Shown here piece after piece: positions 56,922 through 64,000 of a stretch of DNA of 64,000 nucleotides (the stretch's first letter is position 1; each line of letters begins with the position of its first letter). The notes beneath the pieces are model-generated. The model had not been told where the DNA came from. It ran no database searches and saw only the letters and a list, made by a program, of their open reading frames with translations. The DNA is from an uncultured Pelagibacteraceae bacterium (GTDB taxonomy: Bacteria > Pseudomonadota > Alphaproteobacteria > Pelagibacterales > Pelagibacteraceae). The stretch lies in the NCBI GenBank assembly GCA_902599665.1, contig CACKGK010000002.1, forward strand, positions 17,184-81,183, written 5' to 3'. Both the position numbers and the translations under genes were made by a program.

Positions 56922-58334
56922 ATGACCTCTTTACTGAAAAATTCAGAATTATCTATAGAAAAAGCTGATAAAATTGTTTCAGAGACTTTAAATAGTTGTG
57001 ATGATGGTGAACTTTACGTCGAAGATACAAAATCAGAAACCATTGTTTTAGATGATAATAAAATCAAAAGTTCAAACTATACCTCTGATTTAGGCTATGG
57101 TTTTAGAGCGGTCACAGGTGATACCGTGGCTTACTCACATTCAAATGAAATTTCAGAAAAATCGTTAAAAAATTCAAGTGATAATCTTAAATCAACCTTA
57201 AAAAACAATAGTGGCACTTACAATTCAGAAATAAAAAAAACTAATCAAAAACTTTACAAAGACATTGATCCCATTGAAAGCAAATCAATGAAATCAAAAA
57301 TAGAGTTACTAAATAATATGAATGAGTATGCCAGATCTAAAGATAGTAGTGTAAAGCAAGTTACAGCTAGTCTTTTAGCTGAGAAGAAAAATATTGAAAT
57401 TATTAGATCTGGTGGAGAGCTATTATCAGATAATCGACCATTGGTAAGAATTAACATGTCAGTGATGGTTGAAAAAAATGGAAGAAAAGAAACTGGTGTT
57501 TATGGAATTGGCGGAAGACAAGATTATGATGAATATTTAAAGAACGATAACTGGAAAAAAGTTTGCGATGAAGCTTTTAGGATTGCAAACACAAACATAG
57601 AAAGTAAACCCTCACCAGCTGGAGAGATGAAAGTTGTGCTCGGACCAGGCTGGCCTGCTATTTTAATTCATGAAGCTGTTGGCCATGGTTTAGAGGGAGA
57701 CTTTAATAGAAAAAAAACTTCTGCGTTTCATGATTTGGTAGGAAAAAAAGTTGCAAGCAAAGGAGTTACAATAATAGATGATGGCACAATAGATAATAGA
57801 AGAGGTAGTTTAAATATTGATGATGAAGGAACTCCAACCGAAAGAACTGTTTTAATAGAGGACGGAATTCTAAAAAATTTTATGCAAGATAGATTAAACG
57901 CCAGATTAATGAATACAAAATCCACAGGAAATGGAAGAAGAGAAAGTTATAAACATGTCGTAATGCCAAGGATGAGAAATACAATCATGTTAGGCGGTAC
58001 AAACACTCAAGAGGAAATGATTAAATCAGTCGATAAGGGAATATTTGCGGTAAGTTTTGGTGGTGGTCAAGTGGATATAACATCAGGAAAATTTGTTTTC
58101 AATTGTACAGAGGCATATGAAATAATTAATGGCAAAGTAGGAGCTCCGATTAAAGGCGCAACTTTAATAGGTGATGGACCATCATCATTAAAAGAAATTT
58201 TAATGGTTGGAAATGATATGATGTTAGACCCAGGAATTGGCACCTGTGGAAAAGCAGGACAAGGCGTTCCGGTTGGTGTTGGACAACCATCTTTGTTGAT
58301 AAACAATATGACAGTGGGTGGAACTCAATTGTAA
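56922..58334 (+). CDS. tldD: Metalloprotease TldD
   Basis: HEAVGHGLEGDFNRK, GNGRRES, CGKAGQ.VPVG. Confidence 0.96.
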   Translation: MTSLLKNSELSIEKADKIVSETLNSCDDGELYVEDTKSETIVLDDNKIKSSNYTSDLGYGFRAVTGDTVAYSHSNEISEKSLKNSSDNLKSTLKNNSGTYNSEIKKTNQKLYKDIDPIESKSMKSKIELLNNMNEYARSKDSSVKQVTASLLAEKKNIEIIRSGGELLSDNRPLVRINMSVMVEKNGRKETGVYGIGGRQDYDEYLKNDNWKKVCDEAFRIANTNIESKPSPAGEMKVVLGPGWPAILIHEAVGHGLEGDFNRKKTSAFHDLVGKKVASKGVTIIDDGTIDNRRGSLNIDDEGTPTERTVLIEDGILKNFMQDRLNARLMNTKSTGNGRRESYKHVVMPRMRNTIMLGGTNTQEEMIKSVDKGIFAVSFGGGQVDITSGKFVFNCTEAYEIINGKVGAPIKGATLIGDGPSSLKEILMVGNDMMLDPGIGTCGKAGQGVPVGVGQPSLLINNMTVGGTQL

Positions 58335-58339
58335 TCTCA

Positions 58340-59659
58340 ATGATTAAAGATCAAGATTATCTAAAAAAAATTGCTGATATTTGTCTTAGCAAATCAAAAA
58401 AACTTGGCTCAACTGATGCAAGTATTTTGGTACAGAGTTCTATATCTGAAAATATTAATGTTAGGAATAAAAAATTAGATGGTTCTGAAAGATCAGAAAA
58501 TCTTGGAGTTGTCCTTACTACATATTTAGGAAAAAAAAAGTCCTCAATTGCATCATCAAACCTTAAAGAGAGTAACTTAAATGAATTAGTTGATAGATGT
58601 ATTGAAACAATGAAGATAACGCCCGAAGATGAATATAATTCACTGCCAGATAAAGATCTTCATTTTAGCGGTTTGAAAGATTTAGATTTATACGATGAAA
58701 CTCATTTGAGTAATGAAGATAAAATTAATTATATAAAAGAAGCAGAAGATGAGGCTTTTTCAAATAATAAAATTGTAAATACCAATGGTTCAGGATTTGG
58801 GGAAAATAAATCAAATTTTTTATTAGCTAATTCAAATGGATTTTCTGATGGATATAAAACTTCTCAATTTACAGCTTATTGTGAAGTTGTTTCTAAAAGC
58901 AATGGAAGCATGGAAAGAGATTATGAATATACTAGTAAAAGATTTTATAATGACATTTTAAAACCAAAAGAGCTTGGATCTATCGCAGCGGATCATGCTG
59001 TGAAAAAATTAAATCCAAAAAAGATTAAAAGTGAAAAAATTAGCCTTATATTTGACAAAAGAATATCAAAAAACTTTCTTTCAATCTTTGCTAGCGCCAT
59101 TTCATCAAGTGCCATTGCAAAAGGCACTACTTTTTTAAAGGACAAATTAAACCAAAAAGTATTCAACACTGAAATAAATATTAATGATCGCGGTGATATC
59201 AAAAAAGCTAATGGATCACGTTATTTTGACAGTGAAGGTATAGGTATAATTAATTTAGATTTAATTAAAAATGGAATACTTCAGGATTATTTGATTGACA
59301 CTTACAATGGAAAAAAAATAAACAGAAAATCTAATGGTAGAGCAAGCGGTACAACAAATCTGTATTTTGAAAACGGATCAAAAACTTTTAGTGAGTTGAT
59401 AAAATCAGAAAAAAAACTTCTTTACATAAAAGAAACTATCGGTCACGGCACAAATATTATTAATGGAGATTATTCCGTAGGTGCAAGTGGTATAATGATT
59501 GAAAATGGTGAATTTTCATATCCGGTAAGTGAAATAACAATCGCTGGAAATTTAAATAATATTTTTCAAAATATAACTCTAGCTGACGATCTAGAATTTA
59601 ATTATTCTACCAATTCACCAACAATGCATGTTGAAGGTATGATTGTTGGGGGGAAATAA
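58340..59659 (+). CDS. pmbA: TldE/PmbA
   Basis: MERDY, FDSEG, GDYSVGASG, EITIAGNL; follows tldD. Confidence 0.92.
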   Translation: MIKDQDYLKKIADICLSKSKKLGSTDASILVQSSISENINVRNKKLDGSERSENLGVVLTTYLGKKKSSIASSNLKESNLNELVDRCIETMKITPEDEYNSLPDKDLHFSGLKDLDLYDETHLSNEDKINYIKEAEDEAFSNNKIVNTNGSGFGENKSNFLLANSNGFSDGYKTSQFTAYCEVVSKSNGSMERDYEYTSKRFYNDILKPKELGSIAADHAVKKLNPKKIKSEKISLIFDKRISKNFLSIFASAISSSAIAKGTTFLKDKLNQKVFNTEININDRGDIKKANGSRYFDSEGIGIINLDLIKNGILQDYLIDTYNGKKINRKSNGRASGTTNLYFENGSKTFSELIKSEKKLLYIKETIGHGTNIINGDYSVGASGIMIENGEFSYPVSEITIAGNLNNIFQNITLADDLEFNYSTNSPTMHVEGMIVGGK

Positions 59660-59665
59660 GAATTA

Positions 59666-60211
59666 ATGAAAATTATTTTAAAAAGCTTAATAGTCTTAAC
59701 TTTATTTTTTAATCCAGTCTTTTCAGCAGATAATAATCAATTAGATAAACTTTTTGAAAAACTTTTAGAGGATGGCGAAATCTCAGCAAGGGAAACTGAA
59801 ATGAGAATTTGGGGTATTTGGACAACTCATCCAAAAGATCAAAACTTAACCAGTTTATTATCTAGAGGAACATCATTTATGAACAGTCAAGAATACCAAA
59901 AAGCTGAAAATATATTTACAACTGTTATCAAACTGGATCCAAAATGGGCTGAAGCTTGGAATAAACGAGCTACAGTTCTTTATTTGATGGGTAAGTATCA
60001 AGCGTCACAAGACGACATTGATGAAGTTTTAAAATTAGAAAAAAGACATTTTGGAGCTTTATCAGGTCAAGGCTTAGTGCAAATAAAATTAAAAAACTAT
60101 GAAAAAGCTTTAAGCAGCTACGAAAGAGTAAAAAAAATTTATCCATCAATGAGGTCTCCAAAAATAATGATACCACAAATTAAGGAACTAATTAAAGATC
60201 AATCTGTTTAA
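59666..60211 (+). CDS. Exported TPR-repeat protein
   Basis: Signal peptide; P.WAEAWNKRA, RHFGALSG.G. Confidence 0.85.
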   Translation: MKIILKSLIVLTLFFNPVFSADNNQLDKLFEKLLEDGEISARETEMRIWGIWTTHPKDQNLTSLLSRGTSFMNSQEYQKAENIFTTVIKLDPKWAEAWNKRATVLYLMGKYQASQDDIDEVLKLEKRHFGALSGQGLVQIKLKNYEKALSSYERVKKIYPSMRSPKIMIPQIKELIKDQSV

Positions 60212-60212
60212 A

Positions 60213-60761
60213 ATGAAAAAATTAATTTTAATTTTTTCAGTTTTATTGTTTCAATTTAATTATTCATTTGCCAATGACAAAGTTATTGAATCTTTAAAAG
60301 AGGGAGGCAAACTTATATTTATAAGACATGCACTTGCCCCGGGTAATGGTGATCCAGAAAATTTTGAATTGCAAAACTGTTATACTCAAAGAAATTTAAA
60401 TGAAATAGGAATTCAGCAATCAAAAAAAATTGGATTAATTTTTAAAAAAAATGAGATTAAAATTGATAATATTTATTCTAGTGAGTGGTGCAGATGTAAA
60501 GATACTGCAAAATATGCTTTTGATGACTTTGAGACATTTGACGCTCTAAATTCATTCTACGATATAAGATTTGCAGCTAATGAGGATAAACAGATAAAAG
60601 ATTTTTATGAATTTATAGACAGTATAGATAGTAAAAATAATATTGTATTTGTTACGCACTACGTAGTTATTGGGGCAATTTTAAATATTGGAACATCTTC
60701 TGGTGAAATTGTTGTGACAGATAAAAACTTGAATATTATTGGATCAATCGATACTTTATAA
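60213..60761 (+). CDS. Histidine phosphatase family protein
   Basis: IRHA, SSEWCRC..TA, VTH. Confidence 0.87.
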   Translation: MKKLILIFSVLLFQFNYSFANDKVIESLKEGGKLIFIRHALAPGNGDPENFELQNCYTQRNLNEIGIQQSKKIGLIFKKNEIKIDNIYSSEWCRCKDTAKYAFDDFETFDALNSFYDIRFAANEDKQIKDFYEFIDSIDSKNNIVFVTHYVVIGAILNIGTSSGEIVVTDKNLNIIGSIDTL

Positions 60762-60773
60762 TATACAAAAATT

Positions 60774-60965
60774 ATGAAAACGATCTTTGTTATAGGCTCG
60801 AAAAAACATACACTTAAGTACACAAGAAAAATGCCTGAAGGAGAAGTAAAAAAAATGAAATCATTTGTGACAAATAAAGGTCAAAAATTAGAGAAAACAT
60901 CTAAATTCAAAATTCTTAAAGTTTCCGAAGAAAAATCTGCAAGAACTTTTAAAATTAATTTATAA
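60774..60965 (+). CDS. Small basic hypothetical protein
   Basis: 63-aa ORF filling the gap in a co-oriented gene run. Confidence 0.6.
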   Translation: MKTIFVIGSKKHTLKYTRKMPEGEVKKMKSFVTNKGQKLEKTSKFKILKVSEEKSARTFKINL

Positions 60966-60988
60966 ATTTTTTTAAAATCAAATAGAAA

Positions 60989-62140
60989 ATGAAGAATTCA
61001 AAAAGAAGCAACGTTGATCCCTTTATTGTAATGGATGTAATGGAGTCCGCTAGAATAGCTGAAAAAAATGGCAAACATATTATACATATGGAAGTAGGGC
61101 AGCCAGGTACCCCAGCTCCAAAATTAGCAAAAAAATTTATCACTAAAGAAATATCTAATAATAACTTAGGCTATACAGTTACACTTGGACTTCCCGCTTT
61201 GAGAGAACGTATTACCAAGTTATACGGAGATTGGTACAACATTGATTTAAATCCAAATAGAGTTGTAATAACCGTAGGTTCATCTGGAGCTTTTATTTTA
61301 TCTTTTACATCTTTATTTAATATTGGTGATAGAGTGGGTATAGCAGCACCTGGCTATCCTAGTTACCGACAAATTTTAAAAGCTCAAGATTTAATTCCAG
61401 TAGATATTCAAACTAAAATACAAAATAAATTTCAGCCAATACCTGATGATATAAAAAAAAATAATTTAAACGGTATCCTTGTTGCATCTCCTGCAAATCC
61501 TACTGGATCGATGGTTGATAAGGAAACTCTAAAAAATTTAATAAACGCTGCACATGAGAATAATGTGAGCTTTATAAGTGATGAAATATACCACGGTATT
61601 CAATATGAAAATAATCCCACAACAGCGTTAGAAATAACAGACAGATGTTATGTTATAAATTCTTTTTCTAAATATTTTTCAATGACAGGTTGGCGAATAG
61701 GCTGGATGATTGTTCCAGATGATCATGTAAGGCAAGTAGAAAGATTATCACAAAATTTATTTATATGTCCACCACATGTAAGCCAATTGACAGCGTTATC
61801 GGCAATGGACGCCGATATTGAATTAAATGAAAATGTAAATGTTTATAAAAAAAATAGAGAAATACTTTTAGAAGAATTACCTAAAGCCGGATTAGGAAAA
61901 TTTTCTCCTCCTGATGGTGCATTTTATATTTATGTTGATATTTCTAAATACTCTAATGACAGCCTTAATTTTTGCAAAGAAGTGTTAGATAAAGCTGGAG
62001 TTGCAATAACTCCTGGACTTGATTTCGATCAAAAAAGAGGAAATTCTACAATAAGGTTTTCATACGCTAGAAGCACTGAGGATATAATTGAAGGAGTAAA
62101 TAGAATAAAAAAATTTATGAAAGATCAGTATTTAAAATAA
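60989..62140 (+). CDS. PLP-dependent aminotransferase class I/II
   Basis: SPANPTG, SDEIYH, NSFSKYFSMTGWRIGW, GAFY. Confidence 0.95.
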   Translation: MKNSKRSNVDPFIVMDVMESARIAEKNGKHIIHMEVGQPGTPAPKLAKKFITKEISNNNLGYTVTLGLPALRERITKLYGDWYNIDLNPNRVVITVGSSGAFILSFTSLFNIGDRVGIAAPGYPSYRQILKAQDLIPVDIQTKIQNKFQPIPDDIKKNNLNGILVASPANPTGSMVDKETLKNLINAAHENNVSFISDEIYHGIQYENNPTTALEITDRCYVINSFSKYFSMTGWRIGWMIVPDDHVRQVERLSQNLFICPPHVSQLTALSAMDADIELNENVNVYKKNREILLEELPKAGLGKFSPPDGAFYIYVDISKYSNDSLNFCKEVLDKAGVAITPGLDFDQKRGNSTIRFSYARSTEDIIEGVNRIKKFMKDQYLK

Positions 62141-62142
62141 CA

Positions 62143-62799
62143 ATGAAAACCGCTATTTTGTTTGGCTCATCTGGATTAATTGGATCTAATTTACTAGATA
62201 ATTTAATCAACAATAATACTTACAACAAAATAAAAATATTTGTTAGAAAATCACCTTCTATTGATAATACAAAAGTTGAAGTGATCAATACCGATTTTTT
62301 AGATTTAGACACTTTAAAAGAAAAATTAACTGGTGATGATTGTTTTTTTTGTATTGGCACAACTCACAAAGATACTCCTGATAAAAACGAATATAGAAGA
62401 ATAGAATATGATCTGCCAGTAGATATAGCAAAAATTGCAAAATTTAATTCAATTAGTAATTTTATTTACGTCTCCTCAATTGGAGCAAAACCAAAAGCCT
62501 CAAGTAAATATTTAAAAAATAAAGGTCAAGTAGAGGAAGAGCTAAAAAAGATTGGATTTTCAAACCTAAGTATAATTCAACCCTCATTTTTAGTTGGAAA
62601 AAGAAAAGACTTTAGAATTGTTGAGGTTTTAGGAATTCCTGTGATGAAATTTCTATCCTTATTCTTTTTTGGTGGACTTAAAAAATATACTCCAATAAAG
62701 GTTGAGATAGTTGTGAATGCAATGATAAAACTTGCTTCAGAAAATAATAGTGAGCAAACTTATTTGTCTGATAACTTGCAAGAGTTAGGATCTAACTAA
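62143..62799 (+). CDS. NAD(P)-binding atypical SDR (CC3/TIP30-like)
   Basis: GSSGLIG, FCIGTT, VSSIGA, YLKNKG, QPS. Confidence 0.85.
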   Translation: MKTAILFGSSGLIGSNLLDNLINNNTYNKIKIFVRKSPSIDNTKVEVINTDFLDLDTLKEKLTGDDCFFCIGTTHKDTPDKNEYRRIEYDLPVDIAKIAKFNSISNFIYVSSIGAKPKASSKYLKNKGQVEEELKKIGFSNLSIIQPSFLVGKRKDFRIVEVLGIPVMKFLSLFFFGGLKKYTPIKVEIVVNAMIKLASENNSEQTYLSDNLQELGSN

Positions 62800-63372
62800 A
62801 TGAGAAAATCAATAATATCAATATCTTTTTTGATTTATATATTCTGTTTTTTGCCTTACTCTAATTCAATGGCCTATGAGGAATCTCAATATGATGTAGT
62901 GTATAAATCTGAAATATACGAAGTGAGATATTATAAAGACCGTTTAGTTGTCGAGACTTCAAGTAGAAATGATGACAGTAGTTTTAGAAAACTTTTTAAA
63001 TATATTTCAGGTCAAAATAATAAATCCCAAGAAATTAAAATGACTGTGCCAGTAACTCAGGGTGAGAAAGACAATGGATACTATATGCAATTTTATCTTC
63101 CATCAAAATTTACAAAAGAGAATGCGCCTATACCCACAAATTCAGATCTTAAAATCTCAACAATAGAAGAAGGTTTTTTTGCTGTAATAGAATATTCTGG
63201 AAGAGCCTCAGATAATAATTTCTTCAAACATAAGGAAATTCTTAATAAAAAACTTTTAGAGGATAAAGTAATCATTAAAGGACCTTCAATAAGAGCAACC
63301 TATAATGGACCTTTTACACTTCCTATGTTGAGACGTAATGAGGTTATGTTCAAAATTTTATGGCAAAAGTGA
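62800..63372 (+). CDS. SOUL heme-binding protein
   Basis: YEVRYY, FRKLFKYISG.N, IKMTVPV, YNGPFTLPMLRRNEV. Confidence 0.9.
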   Translation: MRKSIISISFLIYIFCFLPYSNSMAYEESQYDVVYKSEIYEVRYYKDRLVVETSSRNDDSSFRKLFKYISGQNNKSQEIKMTVPVTQGEKDNGYYMQFYLPSKFTKENAPIPTNSDLKISTIEEGFFAVIEYSGRASDNNFFKHKEILNKKLLEDKVIIKGPSIRATYNGPFTLPMLRRNEVMFKILWQK

Positions 63373-63376
63373 AATT

Positions 63377-64000
63377 ATGAGAATCAAAAGACTTATTCAA
63401 AAAAAAACAAAAAAATTCATAATAAAGAAACTATCAAATAATTTTAGTACATTATTTCAAGCATATAATTTATCAAAAACAAATTTTTGCAATATTAACA
63501 ATGTTAAAATAAAATTTTTTAAAAATACATCCTTAGCAAAAAAAGGAGAGGCATTGTATCTTAAAATTGATGGACAAATACTACCAAAGATTATTGAGAC
63601 AGGTAAATTTGATGATTTCTTATTTAATTTTTTGAAAAAAAACTTAAAAAAAAATTCTCTTTTTATTGATGTTGGAGCAAACCACGGTCTAGTATCAAAA
63701 CAAGTTTCAAATTTAAAAAAAATAAAAAAAATAATTACATTTGAGCCTGTAAAAGACATTTATGAGCTTTCATTACTAAATTTGAAAGATAAAAAATATG
63801 TCGAACAATTTAACTATGGTTGGTCAAAAAATAATAATAAATATCCACTTTATGAAAATCCTGCAAATTCAGGTGATTATAGTTTAATTCCAAACAAACA
63901 AAGAAACATAAAACATATTTTCAATTTTAAAAATGCAAATAATGTACTGAATAGAATCGTAAAAAAAAATAAGAAACTTAGCTTAATATTAAAAACTGAC
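63377..64000 (+). CDS. FkbM family methyltransferase (3' truncated; missing from the ORF track)
   Basis: Hand translation from ATG 63377 gives FIDVGANHG, ITFEP, NSGD, ending LILKTD at the window edge. Confidence 0.8.
   Translation, partial: MRIKRLIQKKTKKFIIKKLSNNFSTLFQAYNLSKTNFCNINNVKIKFFKNTSLAKKGEALYLKIDGQILPKIIETGKFDDFLFNFLKKNLKKNSLFIDVGANHGLVSKQVSNLKKIKKIITFEPVKDIYELSLLNLKDKKYVEQFNYGWSKNNNKYPLYENPANSGDYSLIPNKQRNIKHIFNFKNANNVLNRIVKKNKKLSLILKTD

Noticed and set aside
56922-59659. tldD/pmbA as part of a RiPP (microcin-type) cluster
   Set aside because: No YcaO, precursor peptide or exporter nearby; TldDE is a common housekeeping pair.
1-64000. CRISPR arrays, tRNA/rRNA genes, IS elements, defence systems
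   Set aside because: No repeat-spacer pattern, no GC-rich structured gap long enough, and no transposase or nuclease motifs seen; nearly all sequence is accounted for by CDS.

Overview
Very AT-rich, tightly packed window with many TAATG/ATGA stop-start overlaps. Gene content and style fit a streamlined marine alphaproteobacterium, most likely SAR11/Pelagibacterales (inference). It is dominated by a one-carbon and methylated-compound oxidation supercluster: fhs, soxBDAG, a proX-proW-metF-aminomethyltransferase operon, BHMT, three DMG/sarcosine-dehydrogenase paralogs, ETF/ETF-QO, folE, a BT1 folate-type transporter, a Rieske oxygenase, a DddP-like M24 enzyme and AcuI. Also present are a sugar ABC plus GH63 module, purEK, a Fur-boxed Fe3+ ABC operon, guaC, tldD/pmbA and a partial FkbM gene at the right edge. 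I saw no rRNA, tRNA, CRISPR or IS element. The most unusual observations are: (i) an unannotated 55-codon ORF (21012-21179) with an in-frame TGA exactly at the first Cys position of a CxxC...CxxC pattern, closing an uncharacterised dipeptidase/550-aa hypothetical/DUF3726-like operon; (ii) a minimal APS-kinase-like plus HxGH nucleotidyltransferase gene pair; (iii) a CxxCxxxC micro-ORF inside the iron operon; (iv) strong hairpins downstream of all three substrate-binding-protein genes. All calls come from motif recognition by eye; no database searches were run.
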